Shown in pieces: positions 1-39,488 of a stretch of DNA of 64,000 nt; the first letter of the stretch is position 1; the number at the start of each line of letters is the position of its first letter. Source of the stretch: Lama guanicoe (taxonomy: Eukaryota); assembly GCA_013239625.1 (NCBI GenBank), contig MU053487.1, positions 3,307,058 through 3,371,057 of the forward strand, given 5' to 3'. Position numbers and translations under genes: made by a program. A model generated the notes under the pieces. It was not told the DNA's origin and ran no database searches. It was given only the letters and a program-made list of their open reading frames with translations.

Positions 1-714
1 TTTTCCAGCTTTTGTTTTGATTCGTTTCTTTTCTTGGTCTTCTTCAATTTTTCCATAAACTTTGCCTATTGATGAGTCATAAAAATGTAATGGGGAAAAT
101 CTTGTGTTGTACTAGTGAGAAAGTCAAGTGTGTCTATGATACTCCTTTTAATTTTAAAAGGAATTTGTAACTTTGGTGTAGCAGTGACATGTGAGAAATG
201 GCACTAAGGTGTGAAAAACAACTCACTGTTCCTGTGTTTCCAGGTGGCTGGAATGTTTAATTGTTGGGGCTGCTGGGTTGCTTGATATTCTTTGTGGTGG
301 AGTCAAAAAGGTTCTTTAATTAAGGACTACTGTATTGATTTCCAGATACTTAGTTATAGATCTTTTTCTCGAAAGGTCAGTGGTCCTATTGTGTGTGAGG
401 ATGGACTGTGGTGCGTTTGATTGTCCAGTGAGTCATTTCACTTCACGATATTCCTCTGCTTTTACTCTTGGAAGCTGTCCTGGGGATGGCATTTTTGATT
501 TGAAAAGGGAAACATAAATTGATTATCTGAGGAATTGATCAGGAAAAATAGTTACCCAAAGAGTAGGCTTCACAGAAAATGGGTTACTGTCTCTTCACTT
601 AAGATAAAAACTTAGAAAACATTATTTGAATAGGTGATGCAAATACGTGGCTGAAAAATTCAGATGATGCAAAATGGTGTATGATAAAAAGCAAGTCTTC
701 TCAGTATCAGCTGG

Positions 715-1218
715 GCTAAATCATGTTGATACTGTGTACCCTGGATATGATGTATGTGATGAAAATGGCACTTTACTTCTGTGGTTTTCCTTCCCAAAGC
801 TCATAACACCATTCTAATAATGAGGGAAACATCTTACAAATTCGATTAGAGGAGTATCCTGCAAGCTTCTTGACCATTACTCCTCAAAACTGTCAAGGTC
901 ATTAAAAATAGGGAAAGTCAAAGACACTGTCACAGACAAGAGGACCCCCTAAGGAGACATGACAGCTAAATGGAATACAGTATCTTGGGAAAGAAAAAGG
1001 ACATTAGGTTAAAACTACAAAATCTGAATAAATTGTAGACCCTAGTTAATAGTAATGCATCATTACTGGTTCATTAATGTGGCAAAAGAACCATACTAAT
1101 GTATGCTGTTGGTAATAGGGGAAACTGAGTGCCAGGTATACAGGAATGCTTAGACACTATCGTCTCCATTGTTATGTAAATCTAACCGTTCTGAAAAATA
1201 GAGCATTAAAAAAAAAAG
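715..1218 (+). mobile_element. Old L1 (L1MC-like) 3' end fragment
   Basis: L1MC-type 3'UTR sequence (tcctcaaaactgtcaaggtcattaaaaatagggaaagtc) ending in an A-rich tail; boundaries approximate. Confidence 0.6.
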
Positions 1219-3660
1219 TCTCCTTCCTTCCCTGAACCTCTGTACCCTGGTCTAAAGGGAGCAACCATTTCTTGCCGTTTTCTTTTGATTCCTTTGAGAG
1301 GAATTTTATGTAAGTATAAACATACTATATATATCTCTCCCTCCTGCTTAAAAAAAGACAAATGGTAACATGATGTGTGTAGTATTCTTATTTCATTTAA
1401 TACATGTGGAGATTACTCCATATTAACACGTATATTTATTAGTATTCATAGTATTTCATTATTTAGATATACCATAGTTTAACTGGTCTCCTATTTATAC
1501 GAATAGTTAGCTGTCCTATTTGACTGCATCATATTAGTTTATAACCCTAATATTTGGAACAGAGTTAAGAGGTGGCATTTGGGGGCTGGGATGGTAGGAG
1601 GGGACAATTAAGTTTTATTTTGCTATTTAGTTGGATTGATTGACTTAATATTCTACACCTCTCCAGAAACAAGTTTTTTTTTCTTTTTTTTTTTTGAAGT
1701 GTAGTTGATTTACAATGTTAGGAAACAGTCAAGGTTTTTTTTAGTGTTTGGATGGATGGATGGGTAGGAGGATGAATTGATGCATTTAATGTTTCACTTA
1801 TCTCTATAAGAGGATTTGAGGCAGACTGTCTTTTATTTAGTTACTTAGTTAAATCTACTTGATGAGTATCTGGGAGATGCCACCTATATACTAATGGTAA
1901 TAATAAGTAAGTGCAGGTGATAGAGACATATATTAAGATACAGACCCAGATATGACTCGTGAAATGAGAAAGACCAAAAAATACTGTATTTGTATGCTCT
2001 GTACTAACACTCTGTACTGCAGCCTGCTGCAGAAACACAGAGGAGGAAGTTGAAGGTTCAAGACTGGCTTAGTTGAATGGTCTTTGTCAACAGGGGAAGG
2101 CAGTGTCCTCAGTTCTCTCCTGTCCATGTTCAGAGACTTTAGGTTTGTGGGACAAAGTGAGTCAAACTCCATTCTAAGTCAGCCTCTGGGAGAAGGTCCT
2201 ATAAATTACATGGTTTTATAAGCAGAACAAAATACTTAGTAACATGATTTTCTTAATGCTTCAGTAGATATTCAGGAAAAGTATTGTATACTTTTAGTAT
2301 ACACACAGTTGTGAAACTGCTGTGCGTTGTTTACCAAGAAAGAGTCATATCTAAAGATGGAGGGAAGAAGACGGTGACAGGGAAAGGATGAAGTGCCATG
2401 CTTTTCACTGGTACCTTTTCCTGACAAATATGTCCTTCCATGAGCTAGCCTCTCTTTTCTTTCTTGTCTAGCTTCAAGGGCTGGCTCTCTATTGTTTATT
2501 TAATTATATTTATTTTTAATTACAAAGTAAATAGATGAGTCCACTCCCACATGATAGGCAAACACTGTTCCCCTTGACCCAGTCTCACTCCTCTCCACTG
2601 AAGGAACTGAATTCATTGCTCTCCATTTGGTGTATAGGGAAGTACGTGTGTGTGTAACATTAATGGTGTCATACAAAATGCACTGTTCTGTTAGATTTGT
2701 TGATATGTATTATGTCTTAGAGGGTATTTCAAGTCATAACTTGTTGATTGACCTTAATCCATTTCATGGATGTAACAGAATTAATTTAACCTTTCTGCTA
2801 TTGTTGGCTTTTTCTGTGTTAGCATTTTTAGTTTGTTATGACAAACAATGCTGTAGAGAACCCCCCTGTACATCCCCTGTACATTGTGAGAGTTTTTCTG
2901 GATTATCAGGAAATGGAGTAGCTATTTGTAGGATTAAGGGGTTTTAAATCTTGCTGCGTACTACTGACACATTTTTGCATGAGAGAAACAAGTTTTAGGT
3001 TTGAATGGGTAATACTATATCATTTGCTTTGGAGGAAAAGCCTAGATATGTCACAGGAACATATTCTATTAACTAAACTGACAATGATTGGAAACTTTGG
3101 AGAGAATACTGGACTTGAGAGTGGTGGTCAGAGGGATCTTGGCCTTTTCATTGATGTTTAGGTTATTTTGACAGGAATGCATTTTTGTATTACTTGAGTT
3201 GTTATAGATGCTAATAAAAATATAGAGGTGGTTGAATAATTTATATCATATCTTTATGCTACAGACATAGAATAGTTCATTTTTAACCACATGCTGATGA
3301 TTTTAAAATTTTAATCATATATTATGTATTAGGGTGTAGGAAAAAAGCAATGTGTTTTAAAAAGTAGATAAAATGAGAGTAAGTGAAGGTCACATTCTTC
3401 ATCAAGTATTTAATAACCTTGGGTTTTCTGGATTTTATAGTAAAAAATCTGTATATTGTAGCTTTCTATGTATAATGTTTGGATTCTAGTACAAGGGACT
3501 ATAATTTTTAAAACTGTATTGGCCTTAATACCCTTTAATGCAAAATAGAGCATTTAAATATTGTCAGTGTTGTGAATATTGTGAACTCCTTAAATTGTGT
3601 GACTCTAAAGAGTAGGTGCTTTTTAATATGTAACTTGTTTTGTTTTGTTTTTTCTTAAAG

Positions 3661-30988
<27,328 letters not shown>

Positions 30989-33650
30989 AACACAGCCCTG
31001 GAGGAGGCGGCCTAAGGAGATTCCACACATGCGTATCTCTGTTGCTTCTGTTGGCCTAAACCCACTACTGCCAAAGAACCCAGCAACAAACCTCCCAGCT
31101 AGGAGCTTTAGAGGTCTTCCTTTATGTTTTTTCTGCCATCCTTCCCCATTTTTCCACAGAAAAAGAAAAGTTGGATCAACAGTGGCCAGCATCCCTTTAA
31201 AGAGTTCCATTAGTAAACTTACAGCACCTGTCCCCTGTCTTCATCTGAGAAGTGGCCTGTGTGCCTCAAGGCCCAGGAGGGAGACCTGTCAGCTCCTCTT
31301 GCCTTACTCCAGTGGTGGCGCTGGGTGGAGAGTAGCAGCTGTATCGGGCTTCCTCGTCCGGCTTGTCCTCCCACCCCTGACAGGACGCGGGCATCTCGGG
31401 ATATCTCTTTACCACTGAAGTAGCAATTAAAAGTTGATTGTTCAGCTGAAGCCCAGAGAATTTAGTGTTGTTTTTGTTTTGGGGGTTTTTCTTTTTTCTT
31501 TTTTTTTGGTATCTGATATGAATTCTAGCAACCTTTGTTAGGAAAAAGCACAGCCTCGATGGAGGCAGCCCAAACTGTGTTCTTGTTTTATTCACAATGT
31601 TCTGAGCGTTTTGCTGAAGCTGCTCTCAGGCACCCCTCTTCATTGCTTCCTCCAGAAAGGGTTGCTCGCCTTAACTTCAGCTGGTGCAAAACATCTGACT
31701 GTAATCGAACTTCAACCATCGGATCCTTCAAAGTGGAACTTTGGACTGTTTTTAGAGAAAACATCAAGTAATGGCTTGTAAAAGAGAATCTTCCCAGCAG
31801 TGGTTTTTGAACAGGAAAAATCGTAACTCATATCATTGTGGAAGTATTTATTTTCATGTCTTAAAAAGTTGATTAAAAAAAACTGCTCCTTGATCCTCCC
31901 ATGAAAATCAGTTTGCCTGGCCTCCAAGTCCTGAGCAAATGCAAGGCTGAGATTTCTGCAGCAATAAAAGAGGCTCACACTGGGCCGGAGAGGCCTGCCT
32001 TCTGCCCCTCTCCTGCACTGACCCTCTGGAGGGGGTCCACACTTCTGTGTGCTGAACCTGACCCAAGACGGAAAGTGAAACCACATGTGCCGTGACTTTT
32101 AGGATCTATGAGTAGACAGTGCTCATTTGATTTTTTACAGAAATAACATAAATTATTCTTTAGGTTTAGGAAAGAGCACTCATAATGCAGTATGTGAATC
32201 ATCAGTGGGGTTGATTTTTTTTTTTCCTGCTGTTTCACAGTCAGCCTTTGTCTAATTGCAGATAGACCTAACAAATTTTGTAAATGGAAGGGATACTCAA
32301 TCTGGCCTTATAACGACACACAAAGATGGGCTTTGGTCCCATTGAAAGGGGAGAGTTGCCTCTTACAGAATCCCTCGAGTCCTTTCCAGCACTGTTGGTC
32401 CTTGAATAACAAGATTGCTTTACCTATTTTTCTCCTGGAGCATCTCTGAGAGCTTTCCCCACAGTGGACTTGTTATAGCTTTTGTTTCATTCTGAGCTTG
32501 TAGTTTTAGTCATGGGCTTTCTTCACTTGCCTGGATACAAAGGCATGTTGGAAAAGGGATGGGTGTTGGAGAGGAAGGGAGGGGGTGGTTTGGGATGGGG
32601 CCTGGGAGGAAAGTAGATTAGAGGATCAGACACCAAAGTCCAAGGTCCCAGCAGAATTGGTAGGAGAAAGGAGCCTGCTGAGCCTGGAGCAAGAAAAGGA
32701 GATTGATCAGCTTGCTGGAAAAATTCTGTGTTTTTCTTTTCCTTTTTTCTTTCTTCCTTTATTTTTTTAGAGGAGGGTTGTGGGAATAAGGACAGGAAGG
32801 TAGGAATAAGTTACAAAAAACAGGTCGTGCCTTTGGCACAAGACAAGGGGTTTACCTTAGAGTCTGTGTTTTGGTTTCAAATAAGCCCATCATCATCTAC
32901 TTATTTATGAATCCAAAGGGTGGTGGCATCATTCTGTTTTACCTTTTAGTTGCAGGTGGTTGGGAGCCCAGGCTGAGATTAAGCAGCAGCCCATCCCCCA
33001 ATTCAGTTTCTCCAGCTGGCCATTACCTTTGAACTTCGGTGGGACAGGAAGGACAATGGAAGTGGGCTGGGGCTTTCTCTTTCTCTTCCAGTCATTTTTG
33101 TGCCCTGCTGGGAATTAGGAGTCAGACACCACGCCCCAGGACAGTTATTTCTTCTGCATGATGTATGGTGGACTCCCTTTGCTGACTTGTGCAGTGATGC
33201 TGAAAAAAAAATGAGTGAACAGAAACTTCCCAGCTGGGACAGCAGGTGACCTGGTGAGCAACCTCATTCCTTCCCAGGAGTTCAGGATACACCTCTCCCT
33301 GAGTCCCAGGATCCCCTGGTCCCTGGGATAGGGACTAACTTAGCACAAGGTAATGTGTGCCAATGCTATTTGTGAAACATATGGTCTTTCTAAATGACTA
33401 ATGGATTTGTTTGGGTTTTTTTATTTAAGTTTTGAACCAAATCCTAGAGCCAGCTGATATTCTAATAATCTGGAGGAGAGAATAATGATGTATCAAAAAA
33501 TGGAGGTTCCTCCTGATGACATATGCTAGATTATGGAAGATGTAAAATATTTGACTACCCCCCTCCTTTTTTTTTTTTGTTTTGACTTTATACTTTTCTG
33601 CATGTTTCATTAATTTTTAATCAATAAAGAATAAATTGTCTTCGGTTGTG
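30989..33650 (+). other. OXSR1: OXSR1 3'UTR (end approximate)
   Basis: Repeat-poor sequence from the stop codon to tandem AATAAA signals followed by GU-rich sequence. Confidence 0.75.
33623..33635 (+). terminator. OXSR1 distal polyadenylation signals (AATAAA x2)
   Basis: tcAATAAAgAATAAAttgtc; U-rich upstream and GU-rich downstream (ggttgtgt). Confidence 0.8.
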
Positions 33651-35505
33651 TAAGGATTCTTTGGCTGTTGGTGGGAGCAGTGGGAAGTGGGTCAGGAAGT
33701 CACCAGTATAAGTTTTCATGCCAGTAGGGAAACGTCAAGGTGCACATTAACATTTAAAAAAAAAGTATGTGTTAATCTACGAATTACCTGGAGCAGCTTC
33801 AGACTGTTGTACAAATGGGGAAGCTCCCCAAAGGGAGAGAGATCTGCCCAAGGAAGGTGGTTAGGGCGGAATAAGGAGCCCCTCGCACTGACCTTTTCTG
33901 TTGAATTCTGCTCATGCTGTTGGGTGGGGAAAAGGTGCCAGAGCCAAGCCCTGCGGAGTCCCTTTAGGAAAGTTCAGAGCAAGGCTGAGCTTGTTCCCAT
34001 TTGGCTTTGATAATTGAAATGGTGAGGTTTCATGTAAGATTCTGGGTCCCTCTCTTCTGTATTCCTCCACCTCCTGGATAAGAAATCCCTGATCAGTAAC
34101 TCCTTCTCAACAGGAAATGGTCTTTGAGCCGTGATAGGACGGCTTGTGGGTGGGTGCTAGTAATTCAGGGCACAGGTCCTAGGACCTTGGAGTTGACAGC
34201 ATCAGAGCTGATTGAATTTGCTTTTCAGATAAGCAGGTTGTAAAAGTGGATTCTGACTATTGTGGGGACAGAGAAGGGGTGCTTCCTACTGAAAAGTGAC
34301 TGTGGTGTCAGTGGAGGGCAGTGGGGTGGGGGCAAGAGTAAACAGCCTCTCCACTCGGCGTTATCTGTAGCAAGACCAGATCTTGTCCAGGGGCCAGATT
34401 ACTCACCTCTGCTTATTCATAGTAGCAGTGTTCAGTGTGACAGTTGGATTCCTCCTGGGGGGTCAGCTCACGTTTTTTGTTTTTGTTTACCATAAATTTT
34501 ATTTTTTAGAGCAGTTTTAGTTTCACAGCAAAATTGAACAGAAAGTACACGTATATCTCCTGACATACACAGCCTCTCCCACTGTCAACATCCTGCACCA
34601 GAGGGTACATTTGTTATGATCGATAAACAGACATGGCCCTTAATTATCACCCAAAGTCCATAGTTTACGTTCGGGTTCACTCTTGCTGTTGTAAACATTC
34701 TATGGGTTTAGACAGTGCGTAATGGTACGTACCCATTATTATGGTTTCATACAGAATGATCTCACTGCCTTAAAATCCTCTGTGCTCTGCCTGTTCATCC
34801 CTCCTACCCCTCTAGTCCCTGGCAACCACTGATCTTTTTAGTGTCTCCAAAGTTTTGGCTTTTTCCAGAATGTCATACGGTTAGGATCATACAATATGTA
34901 TCCTTTTCAAAATAGCTTCTTTCACATAGTAATATGCATTTACTATGTCTCCATGTCTTTTTGTGCCTTGATAGCTCATGTCTTCTTAGCTCTGAATAAT
35001 ACTCCACATCTGAATGTACCACAGTTTATTAATCCATTTGCCTACTGGCTGCTTCTAAGTTTTGACAGTTATGAATAAAGCTGCTATAAGCATCTGTGTG
35101 CGGATTTTTGTGTGGCTATGAGTTTCCACTTCTTTGGGTAAATACCAAGGAGCCCAGTGGCAGATTGTACGGTAAATAGGTCAAGCTTTTTAAGAAAACA
35201 AGTGTCTTCCAAAATGGCTGTGCCATTTTGCATTCCCACCAGTGAATGGGAGTCCCTGTTGCTCCACAAGCTCATTGGTTCTTGGTGGTGTCAGTGCTTT
35301 ACATTTTGACCATTCTAATAAGTGTGTAGTGGTATCTCGTTTTAATTTGCTATTCCCTAATGACAGTATGTTGAGAATTTGTTCATATGCTTGTTTATTC
35401 ATGTGCTTGTCTGTATGTATTTTTCCGAGGTGTCTGTTCATGTGTTTTGCCCATTTTTAATCATGTCTGCTCTCTTATTGTTGAATGTGAAGTGTTCTTT
35501 GTGTA

Positions 35506-35823
35506 CAGGCAGCCTCTTACTGCACTTCTCTATTATGCTTTGCTGCTTTTTTTTTTTTTTTAACAGATTGAAGGTTTGTGGCAACCCTGTGTTGTCAGGT
35601 GATGGTTAGCATTTTTCAGTAATAAAGTACTTTTAAATTAAGGTATGTACATGGGTTTTTTTTTTTAGACATAATGCTACCACACATTTAAGAGACTACA
35701 GTATAGTTTAAAAATAACTTTTATATGCACTAGGAACAACCACCAAAAAACTCACTTTTTTGTGAATCTCACTCTATTGCAGTGGTCTGGGACTGAATCC
35801 ACAGACTCTCTGAGGTATACCTG
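35506..35823 (+). mobile_element. Internally deleted Tigger1-type (Tc1/mariner-pogo) DNA transposon inside L1
   Basis: TA|CAGGCAGCCTC...GAGGTATACCTG|TA termini with TA duplication; internal gattgaaggtttgtggcaaccctg; the L1 resumes on both sides. Confidence 0.85.
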
Positions 35824-36125
35824 TATTTTGGAAAACAGTCCTTTATCAGACATGTCTTGTGCAAATGCTTTCTCCCAGTCTGTGACGTGTCTTCTGATTC
35901 TCTTAACAGTGGTTTGCACACAGCAGAAAATTTTCATTTTATGAGTTTCTTTCATGGGTCATGCCTTTGGTGCTGTATCTAAAAAGTCATCACTGAGTAC
36001 CCAAGGTCATCTAGATGTTTGCCTATGTTATCCTGTAGGAGTTAGATAGTTTTGCATTTTCCATTGAGGTCTGTGAACCATTTTGAGTTAGTTTTTGTGG
36101 AGAGTTTAAAGTCTGTGTCTAGATT

Positions 36126-36270
36126 CTTTTTCCTTTCCTTTCCTTTCCTTTCCTTCCCTTCCCTTCCCTTCCCTTCCCTTCCCTTCCCTTCCCTTCCCTT
36201 CCCTTCCCTTTCTTCTCCTTTCCTCTCCTTTCCTCTCCTCCCCTCCCCTCCCCTCCCCTTCCCTTTTTCT
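36126..36270. repeat. Polypyrimidine microsatellite (CCTTT/CCCTT/CCCCT)n
   Basis: ~145 bp of pure C/T pentamer repeats. Confidence 0.95.
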
Positions 36271-39004
36271 GCCTGTGGGTGTCCAGTGGTTCCAGCACCG
36301 CTTTTGAAGAGACTGTCATTGCTCCATTGGTATTGTATTGCCTTTGCTCCTTTGTCAAAGATCGGTTGAATCTGACTTTCTTTTTAGGCTCCCTCTTTTG
36401 TTCCACTGATCTATTTGTCTAATTGTTTGCCAATACCACACTGCCTTGAAATATTTCTTTCTAGTAACTGTGGAAGTCAGTCCAACTCTGTTCTCCAACA
36501 TTGTGTTGCCGCCAAATCTCAGCCGTACCCACCCTGAGCCTCCAGCAGCCCGTCAATTACATTTTGGGTTTTTCTCCTGTGATACTGGTGCCTGTGGAAG
36601 TTTGTGTTAGTGGATTTCTGCTCCATGCAGTTATAATTCTCTGTATTTCAAGACAGCAGTTTGCCCTGTGACTTCACTCCTCTGAAGGATCTAAGAAGAG
36701 TTGTTGATTTTTCGATTTGCTCAGCTTTTTACTCGCTAGAGCGAAGTGACGACTTCCAAGCTGCTTACATACTGGACCAGAAACCAAAATTCCTACCCAC
36801 CATTTTTATTTACTAGAGCTGTTCTCAAAGTTGGAAGAGATTTGAAACACCATCCACTGCATATTTATTAGGCAATGTTTAAGGAATACCTTCCTCTCCT
36901 CAACCCTACACGTGAACACCGCCCTCTACTCTGCGGACAGGTGACTGCCAGTGATTGTGTGTTCATTCACCTTACACCGCTCCAGCGGTTAGAAAACTCT
37001 TGTTACATGTCTCTTTGGTCTTAGCTGGGCCCTTGGCTGAAGACAAGCACAAGGAGAGGAAGAGGACAGATAGGCTGTGGGTTCTTGCTGAAGGGCCAGT
37101 GGCAACCCCTTCCTACCTTGCAGTCTCCCAGAAAATGGTGGAGGTGACCAGACCACTTGGAGACGTCAGAGACCAGCACACATACTACTTTGAGCTCGTC
37201 TTCCCAGGTCAGTGAGACCACAGGGTAGAGAGGTCCCTGGGGCCACAGGGGTCCTGGAAGGGCTCCCGCAGAGAATGGAGGTGGTGGTGGGCTTTGAAGC
37301 GTCATGGGGAGCCTTGGCAGGCTCTTTGGGCTAGGGGCAGGGTTAAAAAAACAAATAAGTTAACCAAAAAGTTAGGATTGAGGGAATGTAGAGGTGAAGT
37401 GAAGCCAGTGGGATCCGGGGATCGTGGTTACAACTATGGAAGGTCTTTGGTTGAGCCTTATCCTCTCACCATCCACTGTCTGTGTTTCCGAATGCCCCTC
37501 CGGGAAATGAAAAAATCCTTAGGGACCACCTAGTTCAGGTTCTTCCCTTGCACAGATGGAGAAATGAAGCCCAGCAGGGTAGAAGGGCGGACTGAGGGTC
37601 ACAGTGACTCAGTGGCAGAGCCCAAGTTTCCTGCGTCCCAGCTCCAGCCCCTGTGGAGCCTTGGAGCTGAAAGAAGCAGAATCCTGTCTCTGATGAGAGT
37701 GAGGAGATGATGAGGACCAAGCGCAGGCTCCTGTCGCCACCTCCGTTTCCCCCACAGTGTGAGCCCTGAAGTGAGCAGTGACAGCTGGTAGTATCTGCTT
37801 TCCTGGCCATTCAGTCAAGGCTGTGCTGAGGACAGGAACATACAAGGGAGCTAGGTGAGGAGGAAGGGGTGGGGCTGGGGACAGTGGGGAGCCTGGGGGG
37901 TACCTTGGGATGGGGCAGAGCTGAGCGACAAGCGCTCTCCTGCAGGGCTGTGGACCCTCGGCTCTGCCCTGCCTGCACCCCCCTTCATGTGGACTGATCA
38001 ATAGGCCTCAGGGGCAGGCACTCTGTGTCCAGAACTGCCCTGTACAGCCTGGCTTCCTCGCGCTCCCGTCACCCATGCTCCTCTGCCCAGCTCTTAAAAT
38101 TGATTCAAAACCAAAACGTGAAAGGCCTTTCCTGTGACATACACGAGCAACTATGTGAGTGTGTGTGCCTTCACACACGTGCATTTTCCCCAGTGCTTCA
38201 GCCCTGTCATTCCCCACCTCCCATAACCGAGCCAGATGCCTTCCAAGCCCTGGGTCTTCCTCTAGTAAGTCTGGCTCCAGGGTAAAAAGGATGGGGGCTT
38301 TTACCTGTGGGAGATCACTGTTGTCCAGAGGTCCTGCCATCTATTAGCCCTCAGTCCTCTAAGAATCCTGACTGTGCCCCCATCCCAGCTTAGACTCCAG
38401 CAAGGTCATAGCAACTGTTGGCTCTACTGTAATTGCTCTCCATTCTTGAATTGTCATTGGTGCTGACAGGAGAAGCATTTATACCCTTGGTGGGTCTCCC
38501 GGCCTTCAGGCTGTCCTGAGATTGACTGGTGGTGCCTGCCAGCACGTGTTGGGGACCTTGCAGGGGAAAGATAAGATCACCAGGGAAGAGGCTAGATCGG
38601 GCTTCTGGCAGAATTAATGTGCAGACTGGGTCCTTGCTGCTCCACTGACTTACCCACACCACCTAGTATGGGCTGACTCCTAAAAGGGACTTTGGTGTTC
38701 ATGTAAGTGTTGCAACTACTCTCACAGCATGGATTCTATCAGAGTAGGAGGGTTTTGCGCTGGTGTGATTGTACAGGATGTTGCATTTGGGGGGGGGGAT
38801 GTTCAGCACTCCATGTAACATTTGGTTAAAGATCACTGCTGTGTGCTAGTCCTGAGGAGTTCCTCTTGTGATGTCTCTCACACAGTCCATAAAACATCCT
38901 CAGCTCCTCCGAGCAGGAGTGGCCTTTTTTTCCCATCATATTCTGTCTTTCTCAGGCCAGAGCTAGGGAGCTGCAGTGTGACAGGTGGAGCCAGGCAAGG
39001 CTGG

Positions 39005-39017
39005 ATTAAACATTAAT
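39005..39017. promoter_or_regulatory. HNF1-like site upstream of the SLC22A13 ATG
   Basis: ATTAAACATTAAT versus consensus GTTAATnATTAAC, ~95 nt before the ATG. Confidence 0.45.
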
Positions 39018-39110
39018 GCACCTGCCACCACTGCCTGGAGGAGCAAGTGCCCCAGAGCAAGCTGCAGAGCTGTCTGGTGGCCCCAGCTCTGGAGGTGGTA
39101 ACCAGTAGAC

Positions 39111-39488
39111 ATGGCTCACTTTGCCCAGATCGTGGCTGAGATCGGTGAATTTGGTCGCTTCCAGGTACAGCTGCTGATCCTGGTGAGTGTCCCCTGCTTC
39201 CTGGGTGCCTTCAACATGTTTGCCCAGGTCTTCATGGTCCTGGATGAGCCCCACCACTGTTCCGTGGCCTGGGTCAAGAACCAGACTCTCAACCTGAGCG
39301 CTGCCCAGCAGCTGGCACTGAGCGTGCCTCTGGACGCCACAGGCAGCCCCCAACGCTGCCTCATGTTCCGGCCACCCCCTGACGGCGCCAGCCTGGAGGA
39401 CATCCTCAGCCACAGCTTCAATGAGACCCAGTCTTGCGAGACGGGTTGGGACTATCCTGAGGGCAGGCCCCCATCCCTAGAGAATGAG
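39111..39488 (+). CDS. SLC22A13: SLC22A13 exon 1 (TM1 and large extracellular loop)
   Basis: gacATGG...AAT GAG|gtaag; 378 nt. Confidence 0.96.

Larger units (their letters stand above)
34473..36793 (-). mobile_element. L1MC-type element: 3' end (34473-36508) joined directly to an L1 5'-end-like segment (36509-36793)
   Basis: T-rich tail, then tagagcagttttagtttcacagcaaaattgaacagaaagtacac and minus-strand ORF2 remnants; distal segment resembles an L1MC 5' end. Confidence 0.8.

Noticed and set aside
36052..36406. ORFs with KGREG and FPSLP repeats
   Set aside because: They are translations of the (CCCTT)n microsatellite inside an L1.
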